From NCBI GenBank assembly GCA_964574535.1, contig CAZNOB010000002.1, positions 28,109 to 92,108 of the forward strand: a stretch of 64,000 nt of DNA, in the 5' to 3' direction. Position 1 is the stretch's first letter. The number at the start of each line of letters is the position of its first letter. Below, piece by piece: positions 1 through 9,299 of the stretch. Below the pieces are notes generated by a model that saw only the letters and a list, made by a program, of their open reading frames with translations, ran no database searches and was not told the origin of the DNA. Origin of the DNA: an uncultured Granulosicoccaceae bacterium. GTDB taxonomy: Bacteria > Pseudomonadota > Gammaproteobacteria > Granulosicoccales > Granulosicoccaceae. The position numbers were made by a program, and so were the translations under genes.

Positions 1-128
1 GCAATGGCGTCTGTATTAGCCGGGTCGCAGCCCAGACCAAAAACTCCTTCTGTCGGGTAGGCAACGATATTGCCGTTTTTAACGGCAGCAGCTGCTGCCG
101 TTAAACTTGTTCCTGCTTGCTTACTCAG
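1..128 (-). CDS. tsaC: L-threonylcarbamoyladenylate synthase TsaC/YrdC, N-terminal part (gene runs off left edge)
   Basis: The minus-strand frame reads ...[32 protein letters not shown]. This matches the YPTE.VFG.GCDP N-terminal motif of TsaC/YrdC/Sua5. The position downstream of topA fits the dprA-(smg)-topA-tsaC neighbourhood. An in-frame TGA lies at 132-134 and only a CTG (126-128) is available as a start, so the start is unresolved. Confidence 0.55.
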   Translation of the reverse strand, partial: MSKQAGTSLTAAAAAVKNGNIVAYPTEGVFGLGCDPANTDAI

Positions 129-2652
129 CTTTCACAGGTTCCGATGTTGAGTCATCGCCGGTAGCTTTTACCGAGACTTTCTTTTTTGCCGATGCTTTTT
201 TCTTTGAAGTGGCTTTTTTCTTTGCGGTTTTCTTTTTCGATGTTGCCTTCTTTTTTGCCACTGTCTTTTTAGCTACGACTTTTTTCTTTGCCGCTGCTTT
301 CTTTTTTCCCCGTCCGCGTTTTTCGGGGGCTTCATCAATGAGTTTTTTTGCGGTGGCAAAATCAATTTCAAGTGGCTTTTCTTTTAAGTCTTTGGGTAGC
401 TTGGCGTTCTTTTCACCATTTGTTAAATAAGCTCCCCAGCGACCATTGTGAATTTGTATTTGCGGGTCTTCATCGAAGGCTTTTATAACTTTATTAGCAT
501 CAGCTTCTTTTTTTGCGGCGACAATTTCACAGGCACGTTCAAGAGTTATCGTGTAGGGATCGTCTCCGTCTTCTTCTTTTATAGAGGCATACTTAGTGGT
601 CAGCGCGGTAGCGCCTTCTTCATAGAAATCGTATTTGACATAAGGACCAAAACGGCCGATTGCCACTGTGATGCGGTCGCCGTCTGCATTTTCACCCAGC
701 TTTCGCGGTAGCTTGAAGAGTTCCATTGCTTCTTCAAAGGTGATTTTATGCATTTTCTGGCCAGGTCTCAGGCCCGCAAATCTCGGTTTGTCTTCGTCTT
801 CCTTGGTGCCGATTTGTGCAAATGCGCCAAAGCGTCCCACCCGAACCGAAAGGGGTTTGCCGGACTCAGGGTCAGTGCCCAGTTCACGCGCCTGTTTCGC
901 TTCTTCAATAGATACGTTTTCTTCTTTGTCCTGAACCTGTGCGTCAAAGGGGTCCCAAAAATCACGTATTACAGGTACCCAGTCTTTTTCACCCCGTGAA
1001 ACTGCGTCTAGTTCATCTTCGAGGTTTGCGGTGAAGTCGTAGTCAACGTATTTAGTGAAATGCTTGGATAAAAATCCGTTTACAACGCTGCCAACATCGG
1101 TTGGTGTGAATCGTCTGGCGTCCATTTCAACGTATTCACGGTTTTGCAGAGTTGAAATTATACTTGCGTATGTTGACGGACGTCCGATGCCGAATTCTTC
1201 AAGCGCCTTAACCAGCGTTGCTTCAGTAAACCGTGGCGGTGGCTCAGTAAAATGCTGGTCGAGATCAAAAGCTTTTACATCAAGCTTATCGCCTTTGTTA
1301 AGCTCTGGCAGGCGCTTTTCTTTGTCTTTATCTTCACCGGCTTTTTTATCATCAACATCTTCGAGGTATAATTTCATGAAGCCGGGGAAACGAACTGTTG
1401 ATCCACTGGCACGAAAAGTATTGCCTTCACCGCAACCTAAATCAACACTAACCTGATCCATAGTGGCATGCATCATTTGGCATGCAACGGTGCGTTTCCA
1501 GATTAATGAATATAGTTTGAATTGATCCTCTTTAAGGAATGACTTTATTTTTTCCGGTGTTTTATCTGCCAGGGTAATACGCACGCATTCGTGTGCTTCC
1601 TGTGCATTTTTCGATTTATTTTTGTAAAAATGCGGTGATTCCGGAAGGTAGTCTTTACCATACGCTTTATTGATATGTTGACGGATATCTGCAATGGCAT
1701 CCTGAGATAAAGTGACCGAGTCAGTACGCATATAGGTAATTAAACCGGCAGCGCCTTCACCGGTGTCAATGCCTTCATAGAGTTGTTGTGCGGTTCGCAT
1801 GGTGCGCTGTGCCGAAAACCCCAGTTTACGAACCGCCTCTTGCTGTAAAGTCGATGTGGTAAACGGTGCCACCGGATTGCGTTTACGTTGCTTCTTTTCA
1901 ATATTGTCGACGGTGAGTTGGCCATTAGCGGCTTTCTGGAGCAGTGCTTTTACCTCTGCGGCGCGGTCACCGTTGGTGATGGTGAACTGGCGGAACTTTT
2001 CGCCCTCGAGGGTGAATAGTCGTGCAGTGAAATCCTGACTGGATTTAGTTAATTCAGTGGTACACGTCCAGTATTCTTCAGGAATGAATTTTTCAATTTC
2101 CTGCTCGCGTTCGACGATCAGTCGAAGCGCTGGACTCTGGACTCGACCGGCGGATAAGCCGCGACTTATTTTTTTCCAGAGTAATGGCGATAAATTAAAA
2201 CCTACCAGATAATCAAGGGCACGCCGAGCCTGCTGTGCATTGACCAGATCGTAAGACAATTCTCTGGGATTTGCGACGGCATCCTGTACCGCAGTCTTGG
2301 TGATCTCGTGGAAAACCACGCGCTTGACGGTTTTGTTTTCCAACAATCCCTGTTCACGCAGGTGCTCCACCAAATGCCATGAAATGGCTTCGCCTTCGCG
2401 ATCCGGATCCGTCGCCAGAAGAAGCTGGTCGGCTTTTTTCAGTGCTTTGATAATCGCATCGACGTGTTTTTCGTTGCGTTCAATTAGCTGATACTTCATT
2501 TCGAAGTTGGAGTCAGTGTTTACTGCTCCTTCTTTTGGAACCAGATCACGAACGTGCCCGTAAGAGGCGAGCACATCGTAATCTTTGCCAAGATATTTTT
2601 TTATAGTTTTACCCTTGGCAGGTGATTCGACAATAATTAAGTTTTTACTCAT
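121..2652 (-). CDS. topA: DNA topoisomerase I with lysine-rich C-terminal tail
   Basis: 843-aa ORF. The N-terminus [22 protein letters not shown]...GHVRDL is the TOPRIM/type IA signature, and the protein is full length. The C-terminal ~80 aa are AKKK/TSKKK repeats. Confidence 0.95.
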   Translation of the reverse strand: MSKNLIIVESPAKGKTIKKYLGKDYDVLASYGHVRDLVPKEGAVNTDSNFEMKYQLIERNEKHVDAIIKALKKADQLLLATDPDREGEAISWHLVEHLREQGLLENKTVKRVVFHEITKTAVQDAVANPRELSYDLVNAQQARRALDYLVGFNLSPLLWKKISRGLSAGRVQSPALRLIVEREQEIEKFIPEEYWTCTTELTKSSQDFTARLFTLEGEKFRQFTITNGDRAAEVKALLQKAANGQLTVDNIEKKQRKRNPVAPFTTSTLQQEAVRKLGFSAQRTMRTAQQLYEGIDTGEGAAGLITYMRTDSVTLSQDAIADIRQHINKAYGKDYLPESPHFYKNKSKNAQEAHECVRITLADKTPEKIKSFLKEDQFKLYSLIWKRTVACQMMHATMDQVSVDLGCGEGNTFRASGSTVRFPGFMKLYLEDVDDKKAGEDKDKEKRLPELNKGDKLDVKAFDLDQHFTEPPPRFTEATLVKALEEFGIGRPSTYASIISTLQNREYVEMDARRFTPTDVGSVVNGFLSKHFTKYVDYDFTANLEDELDAVSRGEKDWVPVIRDFWDPFDAQVQDKEENVSIEEAKQARELGTDPESGKPLSVRVGRFGAFAQIGTKEDEDKPRFAGLRPGQKMHKITFEEAMELFKLPRKLGENADGDRITVAIGRFGPYVKYDFYEEGATALTTKYASIKEEDGDDPYTITLERACEIVAAKKEADANKVIKAFDEDPQIQIHNGRWGAYLTNGEKNAKLPKDLKEKPLEIDFATAKKLIDEAPEKRGRGKKKAAAKKKVVAKKTVAKKKATSKKKTAKKKATSKKKASAKKKVSVKATGDDSTSEPVKAE

Positions 2653-2688
2653 TTCTTCTTTTATTTTGTGTCTTGCGTTGCGAGTGAG

Positions 2689-2982
2689 TTATCTGCTGCA
2701 CATTATTAGTAGCACCGATAAGAGTGGTCTGCGCGTTTTTCTTTTTCCACAGAAACCCGAAATCGGTCGCTGTGTCTTTGATGTCACGAGGGCTTTTAAA
2801 CCATTTTTACCGGGTATGCCAGTGCGATGTTCAAATTTCTTTTCGCGATAAGCTCCCATTTGGCCATGAAAGCTCCTCCGGCAAGAAGAGCTAAGTTTTT
2901 GTTTGTTAAGTAATTCATTGGCTGATTGCGGTGCAGCAGTTGTTAAAAATAAGGCGGTGTAGATAATTTGCCGAATTAGCAC
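2689..2982 (-). CDS. hypothetical small basic protein (doubtful)
   Basis: 97-aa ORF whose GTG start overlaps the dprA stop by 7 nt. It has a hydrophobic N-terminus (IIYTALFLTTAAPQSA) followed by a very basic tail. I recognise no family. It sits where smg (DUF494) is usually found but does not resemble Smg. Confidence 0.25.
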   Translation of the reverse strand: MLIRQIIYTALFLTTAAPQSANELLNKQKLSSSCRRSFHGQMGAYREKKFEHRTGIPGKNGLKALVTSKTQRPISGFCGKRKTRRPLLSVLLIMCSR

Positions 2983-4151
2983 TTTTGGTATCTGCCCCCA
3001 GCTATTGGAACTATGAGTCCGTCCAACTCAAGTTCAAGTGTCAGATTTGTGGCTGCAACTATATCCAGTCCGGTAGCGTCGACAATTTCGTCCAGCGACA
3101 GCGGTTTGAATTCAATCGCGCGCAACAGTTTTTCTGCTGTGGTTTCTGGTTCGGTGCGAGTTTTCGAGGGTTTGGAAGGTTCGCTTGAAGTGTTTTTTTC
3201 AGTCGAGCGACTGACTGGCGGATTTTTCTCTATTTTGGAGTTTACCTTGGGCGAATCTCCGGCAAATTCCAGCGATTTCGGTAGTACCGGTGCCAATTGC
3301 CGAAGAATGTCTTCACTGGATTCAACCAGGGTTGCACCTGCCCGCAGCAGCGCGTGTGAGCCCCGTGCCTGCGGGTTGTCGATGTTACCGGGAATCGCAA
3401 ATACTTCTCTGGATTGCTCGGTCGCATGCCCGGCGGTGGTAAGTGTACCGCTTTTCAGGCCCGCTTCTACCACCAGGGTGCCATAGGATAGCCCGCTGAT
3501 AATCCGGTTTCTTCTCGGAAAATACGCAGGCAGCGGGTTAGTGCCAATTGGGAATTCGGAAATAATAGCACCGGTTTTGGCGATGTCTTGTGCCAAAGTC
3601 TGGTGGGTGGCCGGATACACCCTGTCGAGGCCCGTTGCTGTCACAGCGACTGTTAAACCACCGGCATCCAGTGCAGCGCGATGTGCCAGGGCGTCTACTC
3701 CCAGTGCCAGACCACTGGTAATGGTGATAGAAAACGAGGCAATTTCTCCTGCCAGGCGACGGGCGTTATTTTGTGCACCATAACCAGGTTTACGGCTGCC
3801 TACCACTGCCAGTTGGGGGGTTTGCAGGACGTCGGGATCCCCACGTACATAGAGCACCACGGGCGGATCGGCGATTTCTTTGAGCATCGCCGGGTAGCGC
3901 GGGGACTCGAGCGTTAGAATGTGGCGGTCTTCGCCTTCATCGCACCACTTTAAGTCGGCATCGATCAGATCCTGATCAATGTGCTTCATCGCGTCGACTA
4001 CCTTGCGCGACAGACCAACGTTAATCAACTGGCTATCTGATGCGCTGGCGATCGCATCAATACCGCCGAATCCGACCATCAGTTTTCTGAGCAATCTGGG
4101 GCCGAGTCCGCGAGTATGGACCAGCCGTAGCCAGGTGGTCAGGTCAGCCAT
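2976..4151 (-). CDS. dprA: DNA-processing protein DprA (Smf)
   Basis: 391 aa. Motifs VVGSRKPGYGAQNNARRLA, GLALGVDALAHRAAL and FPRRNRIISGLS are typical of the DprA Rossmann-like domain. Synteny with topA and the LysM gene supports the call. Confidence 0.9.
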   Translation of the reverse strand: MADLTTWLRLVHTRGLGPRLLRKLMVGFGGIDAIASASDSQLINVGLSRKVVDAMKHIDQDLIDADLKWCDEGEDRHILTLESPRYPAMLKEIADPPVVLYVRGDPDVLQTPQLAVVGSRKPGYGAQNNARRLAGEIASFSITITSGLALGVDALAHRAALDAGGLTVAVTATGLDRVYPATHQTLAQDIAKTGAIISEFPIGTNPLPAYFPRRNRIISGLSYGTLVVEAGLKSGTLTTAGHATEQSREVFAIPGNIDNPQARGSHALLRAGATLVESSEDILRQLAPVLPKSLEFAGDSPKVNSKIEKNPPVSRSTEKNTSSEPSKPSKTRTEPETTAEKLLRAIEFKPLSLDEIVDATGLDIVAATNLTLELELDGLIVPIAGGRYQKC

Positions 4152-4275
4152 GGTTGAGAAGCCGGGAGAAAGTCAGGGGCACAGCGTTACTACACTTTAA
4201 TTTCAGAGCGTCGATGGTAACCGGACGCTTGGAAAAGTAAAGCGTGTTAAGCCGCAGTGGCCAGTGCCTTCGGAA

Positions 4276-4303
4276 ATAAAAAAGGCCGCGAAAATCGCGG
4301 CCC
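4276..4303 (-). terminator. Rho-independent terminator downstream of the LysM gene
   Basis: On the minus strand, the stem GGCCGCG / CGCGGCC (4284-4290 / 4296-4302, 5-nt loop) is followed by TTTTTTATTT. It lies about 40 nt after the LysM gene stop. Confidence 0.7.
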
Positions 4304-4343
4304 TGACGAGATATTTACAGCGGGGAGCTAATCCCCGTCGGTA

Positions 4344-5576
4344 TTACAAATTGCCGGTGCCGACCCGATCATACAAATTGATGGTTCTGTTAGAGGTCAT
4401 TATCAGGGCATAGCTCACTTTATCGAATGTTCGGAATACCATCACAACACCTGCTTTTTCGCCCTCTATGGTAACGAAATCGTTCTTCTTGCCTGAGATC
4501 GTATCTCTCACTATTCGGTCATCACTAACCACGGACAACACATCACCGGGTTGTACACCATCATTGGTACCGAGGTTTAAGACCACTATCTGGTTTTGAC
4601 CAGCACGGTACAACGCATCGACCAGCGAGATGATTTTTCCGGTCTTTTGGATACCTGCCACGCGCGGCTGGAAATCCAGCGCCGAAGTATTTGGCGCAGT
4701 CATCACACGATCGCCAACCAGCGTTTCGCGTTTATTGCTGGTGATTACGAGCTTGCTGGGATCGCCGGCCTTGATCAAGCTGGCTCTGGATACATGCACT
4801 GCCTCGTGACCGAGTACTTCATCCGTATCGGGGTCAATCAGAGTGTCACCAGGGCGAAAAATACTGTATCGCGAACCGGTCAGACTACCACGGGCATAGA
4901 TATGGTTGCCAATGGATGCGATCAGCCGATCATCCTCAGTGCCGACCACATAGGGGGCCGCCTGCATCTCTGCCGCGGATACGACATTGGGCTCAATCAG
5001 GAATTCCTTCACCGCTTCCAGTGGAAAATTTGATATGGCTCCGGTTTGCTTGCTGCTGGCGCGAACCAGTTGCAGTCGAGGCTGGCCGTCGACATAAGTC
5101 AGCGATATTCGATCTCCGGGGTAGATCAAATGGGGGTTTTCGATTTGCGGGTTAACCTGCCAGATTTCCGGCCACAACCACGGTCGGCTGAGAAAACGCT
5201 CTGAGATATCCCATAAGGTATCTCCCTTTACCACGGTGTAGTTGCCCGGGTTATCCTGCCTGATGGATCTGGCTGCAAGGGCGCGCAGTGCACGTTTACG
5301 CTGTTGACCGGTGCCCAGTGCCATTAGACCCGGCGTAGCGGTGCCACTGGCTGATGCTGGTTCTACAACCACTGTGTTAACGGCCTGTTGTAAATCCGAA
5401 GTTTGAACCTGTTGCCAGTATTCGTTATCTGCCTGGCTGGCATCGGGCTGTTGGGGCGTGGCACATGCCGTTAGAGTAATGATGGCAATCGCGCCAGCCA
5501 AAGCTCTAGCGATACGCGCTGGAAACTTGCTGCGAACGGGACTGATTTTCTGGTTCAGCGGGGCATGGAATGTCAT
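4344..5576 (-). CDS. LysM peptidoglycan-binding lipoprotein (TsaP-like)
   Basis: LysM motif YTVVKGDTLWDISERFL...PGDRISL. The internal Met at 5576 gives MTFHAP...AIAIITLTAC, a lipobox-like signal, so the 52-codon upstream extension of the ORF is probably not translated. The gene holds the conserved position divergent from def, as for Pseudomonas TsaP. Confidence 0.8.
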   Translation of the reverse strand: MTFHAPLNQKISPVRSKFPARIARALAGAIAIITLTACATPQQPDASQADNEYWQQVQTSDLQQAVNTVVVEPASASGTATPGLMALGTGQQRKRALRALAARSIRQDNPGNYTVVKGDTLWDISERFLSRPWLWPEIWQVNPQIENPHLIYPGDRISLTYVDGQPRLQLVRASSKQTGAISNFPLEAVKEFLIEPNVVSAAEMQAAPYVVGTEDDRLIASIGNHIYARGSLTGSRYSIFRPGDTLIDPDTDEVLGHEAVHVSRASLIKAGDPSKLVITSNKRETLVGDRVMTAPNTSALDFQPRVAGIQKTGKIISLVDALYRAGQNQIVVLNLGTNDGVQPGDVLSVVSDDRIVRDTISGKKNDFVTIEGEKAGVVMVFRTFDKVSYALIMTSNRTINLYDRVGTGNL

Positions 5577-5851
5577 AGTGGTCCGAGGTGCTGTACTGGT
5601 GTTTGAGCGGCTCAACTGCGCGATAAAGTGCCGAAAAGCCGGGTGTAATCCCTGAAAATAGATCACACGCGCCGGAATATGGACGTTTAGGAACCAAAAA
5701 CAGTGCCAAAGCAGAACGAACCGCTGCCTCAATTCAGTATTTTGGCTACAAGATAGCCCGTCGGGCGGTATTGATTGAAGTTAAGCGTTGATATCCGCGT
5801 CTGAGTGCTTAAACTTGTCTGATTATGGTTTTAGATTGAATCAAGTAGATA

Positions 5852-6352
5852 ATGGCAACGCTGGATATACTGGTATACCCCGACAACCGACTGCGCAAAG
5901 TGGCTAAGTCAGTGGAGTTGGTTGATGACAAAGTGCGCGATATCGTCAATGACATGTTTGAGACGATGTATGAAGCACCGGGTATTGGCCTGGCTGCAAC
6001 TCAGGTCAATATTCATCAGCGAATAGTGGTGATCGATGTCTCAGAGGATAAAAGTGAACCACTCACACTGGTTAACCCGGAAATCGTGAATTCCGAAGGC
6101 CTGGCCGAAAACGAGGAAGGCTGTCTGTCATTGCCGGGGGTTTTTGAAATGATCAAACGCCCGGAAAAAATCACCTTTAAAGCACTCAACCGTGATGGTG
6201 AACCTTATGAAATGGCAGCCGACGGTTTACTGGCGGTATGTGTGCAACATGAGATTGATCATTTAGACGGTAAAATGTTCGTTGATTATTTGTCCGGTTT
6301 GAAGCGACGAAGAATCACCAAGAAAATGATTAAGCACGAGAAAGACAAGTAG
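5852..6352 (+). CDS. def: peptide deformylase
   Basis: 166 aa with the three Def motifs [16 protein letters not shown] and HEIDHLDG. Confidence 0.97.
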   Translation: MATLDILVYPDNRLRKVAKSVELVDDKVRDIVNDMFETMYEAPGIGLAATQVNIHQRIVVIDVSEDKSEPLTLVNPEIVNSEGLAENEEGCLSLPGVFEMIKRPEKITFKALNRDGEPYEMAADGLLAVCVQHEIDHLDGKMFVDYLSGLKRRRITKKMIKHEKDK

Positions 6353-6434
6353 CGCTTAAACGCCGTTGCGGTAAGTTTCACTTTTTGGGCTGTTGCCTTA
6401 AGCGGCGAGGCTCTGGCCGAACCTCATCATATCT

Positions 6435-7379
6435 ATGGATAACAAACCCTTGCGCATAATTTATGCGGGTACGCCGGACTTCGCGGTGCCTGCGCTGGAT
6501 AAAGTTATCGAGCTGGGTCATCAGCTTGTGGCGGTTTATACACAGCCCGACAGGCGTGCCGGACGCGGACGCAAGGTTGCGTTTAGCCCGGTCAAAGCAC
6601 GCGCACTGGAAGGCGAAATACCGGTCCTGCAACCTGAATCTTTGAAAACAATGGCTGCGCAGCAAGAGCTGATTGCGTTGCAAGCCGATGTGATGATTGT
6701 TGCTGCGTACGGATTAATTTTGCCAGCGGCTATATTGCAGGCGCCGCGGTATGGCTGCCTGAATATTCATGCATCTCTTTTGCCCAGGTGGCGGGGTGCT
6801 GCACCAATCCAGAGAGCCATCGCTGCCGGTGACACCAAAAGCGGCGTAACTATTATGCAAATGGATATTGGTCTTGATACGGGTGACATGCTGTTGTGCA
6901 GGGAATGTCCGATAGATGAAAATACCACCGGACAACAATTGCACGATACTCTGGCTAATTTGGGCGCTCTGGCACTTGCTGACACATTACCTTTGATGAG
7001 TGCGGACCAGTTAGCGCCGGTGAAGCAGGACGATAATCAGGTCACCTACGCCGACAAGCTGGATAAGCAAGAGGCCATCATTGACTGGCATGATAAAGCC
7101 ATCAACATACACCGTAGAATCTGTGCGTTTAATGCGTGGCCTGTAGCACAAACTGTTTTACAGGGCGATACTTTGCGGGTATGGGAGTCCACGCTGATTG
7201 GCGCAGTTGACCACTCTTTTGCACCAGGTTGCATAGTGAGCTTAAGCGATGGACTTGATATCGCCACAGGCGAGGGTGTTGTGCGTTTGCAGCGGGTACA
7301 GGCACCAGGCAAGAAGCCAGTGGCAGTTAAGGATTTTCTTAACAGTCGTGATCTGCCGATCGGACTTAAACTTGGTTGA
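6435..7379 (+). CDS. fmt: methionyl-tRNA formyltransferase
   Basis: 314 aa. Contains IIYAGTPDFAV and NIHASLLPRWRGAAPIQRAI (formyltransferase SLLP motif). It lies downstream of def. Confidence 0.95.
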   Translation: MDNKPLRIIYAGTPDFAVPALDKVIELGHQLVAVYTQPDRRAGRGRKVAFSPVKARALEGEIPVLQPESLKTMAAQQELIALQADVMIVAAYGLILPAAILQAPRYGCLNIHASLLPRWRGAAPIQRAIAAGDTKSGVTIMQMDIGLDTGDMLLCRECPIDENTTGQQLHDTLANLGALALADTLPLMSADQLAPVKQDDNQVTYADKLDKQEAIIDWHDKAINIHRRICAFNAWPVAQTVLQGDTLRVWESTLIGAVDHSFAPGCIVSLSDGLDIATGEGVVRLQRVQAPGKKPVAVKDFLNSRDLPIGLKLG

Positions 7380-8685
7380 AGCAACTTCAAACACCCGACT
7401 GACTGCTGTGCGAATATTAACGTCGGTGGTAAAGGACGGGAAATCCCTCAGTGATCTGCTGCGTAAAGCTCAAGAGACACTGGATGCCCGAGATGCAGGC
7501 CTGCTACAGGAACTAACCTTCGGTGTGTGTCGCTGGTCCTTTCGACTAGAGGCACTATTGATCACGCTGCAAAAAAAACCGCTGCGCAATAAAGACACTG
7601 ATGTAAAAATATTATTATGGCTGGCGCTCTATGAAATCCTGTATATGCGCACCCCTGACTATGCGGTGGTTGATTCATACGCAGGCCTCACCGGTAAAAT
7701 TCGCAAGCGCTGGGCCAGGGGGTTTTTAAATGCCACGTTGCGCGAATTTCTAAGGCAACAGGATAAACTGGTGGCAGCAATCGATGCAGATGATGCGTCT
7801 CGCCACAGTTTGCCAGACTGGATTCTGCAATCTATCAAAAACGACTGGCCCGAGCAGGCCGAGCAAGTTTTTACCGCTTCCAATAAGCGTGCTCCGCTGG
7901 TTTTGAGAGTCAATGAATTGCAGGTTGAATGTGCTGCATATCAATTACAATTGCAGGCGCAATCGATCAGTGCTCACCCTGGAAACCTTGGCGACGCATC
8001 GCTGAAATTAGAGTCTGGCAACAGGGTGACGCAACTACCGGGGTTTGACGAAGGGCATTTTTCAGTTCAGGACAGCGCCGCGCAGCTCGCAGCAATGCTG
8101 GTCAATCCGCGCTCTGGAGAAAACATACTCGATGCCTGTGCAGCCCCCGGGGGTAAAACTGCCCATCTGCTTGAGCTACAACCTGAGATCACCCTGACAG
8201 CAATCGACAACGACGAAAAACGCCTGTCGCGCGTCACTGAGAATCTGGCTCGGTTGAAGTTAGATGCCGCTTGTATCTGCGCTGATGCAGCCGACCTTAA
8301 GGTGTGGTGGGATCGCAAACCATTCGACGCTATTCTGCTGGATGCCCCTTGCTCTGCTATGGGTGTAATACGGCGTCATCCGGATATTCGATTGCTGCGA
8401 AGGGAGTCCGATATCAGCGCTCTGGCGATCCAGCAATTTGCGCTGCTGGCAGCACTTTGGCCGACACTGAAGCCCGGCGGACGGCTGGTTTATGCCACCT
8501 GTTCAGTCTTAAAACAGGAAAATGAGCAGATAATCGATAAATTTCAGCAAGTGACAGCAGATGCAACGGAGCGCCTGATCGAGGCTGAATGGGGTGTTGA
8601 GTGTCGGCACGGCCGTCAGATTTTGCCGGGACAGTATGATTCTGATGGATTCTACTATGCGATACTTGTTAAGAATTACGCCTGA
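7372..8685 (+). CDS. rsmB: 16S rRNA (cytosine967-C5)-methyltransferase RsmB
   Basis: N-terminal NusB-like region followed by the SAM motif LDACAAPGGKT and the catalytic motifs DAPCSAMGVIRRHPD and YATCS. The ORF opens at 7249 inside fmt. A TTG at 7372 overlapping the fmt stop gives a normal ~437-aa length. Confidence 0.9.
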   Translation: MVEATSNTRLTAVRILTSVVKDGKSLSDLLRKAQETLDARDAGLLQELTFGVCRWSFRLEALLITLQKKPLRNKDTDVKILLWLALYEILYMRTPDYAVVDSYAGLTGKIRKRWARGFLNATLREFLRQQDKLVAAIDADDASRHSLPDWILQSIKNDWPEQAEQVFTASNKRAPLVLRVNELQVECAAYQLQLQAQSISAHPGNLGDASLKLESGNRVTQLPGFDEGHFSVQDSAAQLAAMLVNPRSGENILDACAAPGGKTAHLLELQPEITLTAIDNDEKRLSRVTENLARLKLDAACICADAADLKVWWDRKPFDAILLDAPCSAMGVIRRHPDIRLLRRESDISALAIQQFALLAALWPTLKPGGRLVYATCSVLKQENEQIIDKFQQVTADATERLIEAEWGVECRHGRQILPGQYDSDGFYYAILVKNYA

Positions 8686-8702
8686 ATCTTTGCGATAAAC
8701 CC

Positions 8703-9299
8703 ATGGCATCTTCGTCATCAAAACGACGCCACCCTGCCACAGTGCCGATGGTAAAACCTGCTGCGCTGGTGAGTCTGCTTGCATTTTTGCTAGTCACCAC
8801 GCTGGCGCACGGGGCATCGATCAGGTTTGAAAGTGCCGGCACTTATTTGAAAGACGGCACTTACTTTCTTGATTCGTTTGCCCGAGTGGAGCTTGGCTCG
8901 GATATGCAACGGGCCTTGTCAAATGGAGTAAGTCTGCACTTCATGGTGGAGGTAGGTGTGCACCGGACACGCAAATGGTGGATAGATACGCCAGTGCTGG
9001 AGCGTCGCCTGCGCTACAAGCTTTATTACTATGATCTAACCCGTCACTATCGAGTCGAGGATTCGCAAACCGGTGAAAGTAACAATTTTCGAAGTCTGGC
9101 GGCCGCTCTGCGGCGACTCGGCAGCTTGACTCGGTTCGCTTTGATACCGGCTGACCAGCTGGCGAACAGTCGTCGCTATACGGCCAGCATCAAGCTTGAG
9201 CTGGATAGTACTCGTCTGCCAGGTCCGCTGCAGGCACATGCACTGGTATCGGATGACTGGCAACTGGAAAGCGAGGTATTCAGATGGTTTCTGAATTAA
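8703..9299 (+). CDS. DUF4390 domain protein (secreted or periplasmic)
   Basis: 198 aa with a signal-like N-terminus (ALVSLLAFLLVTTLAHG). Its position between rsmB and an NtrY-like kinase is typical of DUF4390 proteins. The family call is from memory of the gene neighbourhood and general sequence character. Confidence 0.55.
   Translation: MASSSSKRRHPATVPMVKPAALVSLLAFLLVTTLAHGASIRFESAGTYLKDGTYFLDSFARVELGSDMQRALSNGVSLHFMVEVGVHRTRKWWIDTPVLERRLRYKLYYYDLTRHYRVEDSQTGESNNFRSLAAALRRLGSLTRFALIPADQLANSRRYTASIKLELDSTRLPGPLQAHALVSDDWQLESEVFRWFLN

Noticed and set aside
78-105. Perfect 28-bp palindrome TTTAACGGCAGCAG/CTGCTGCCGTTAAA just downstream of the topA stop, which looks like a terminator stem
   Set aside because: It lies inside the tsaC reading frame (codons for LTAAAAAVK) and has no flanking U-tract on either strand. 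It is most simply a by-product of an Ala-codon run.
107-430. 107-aa Phe-rich plus-strand ORF (…[20 protein letters not shown]…)
   Set aside because: It is the antisense reading of the AAG/AAA-rich codons of the TopA lysine tail. Its composition is an artefact of that repeat.
5577-5732. 52-codon N-terminal extension of the LysM protein ORF
   Set aside because: The internal Met at 5576 yields a proper lipoprotein-like signal peptide. The extension (MRQRFVLLWHCFWFLNVH…) is not protein-like and would bury the signal.
7249-7371. Upstream extension of the rsmB ORF overlapping the last 130 nt of fmt
   Set aside because: It overlaps fmt out of frame. A TTG at 7372 at the fmt stop gives the normal RsmB length and N-terminus.
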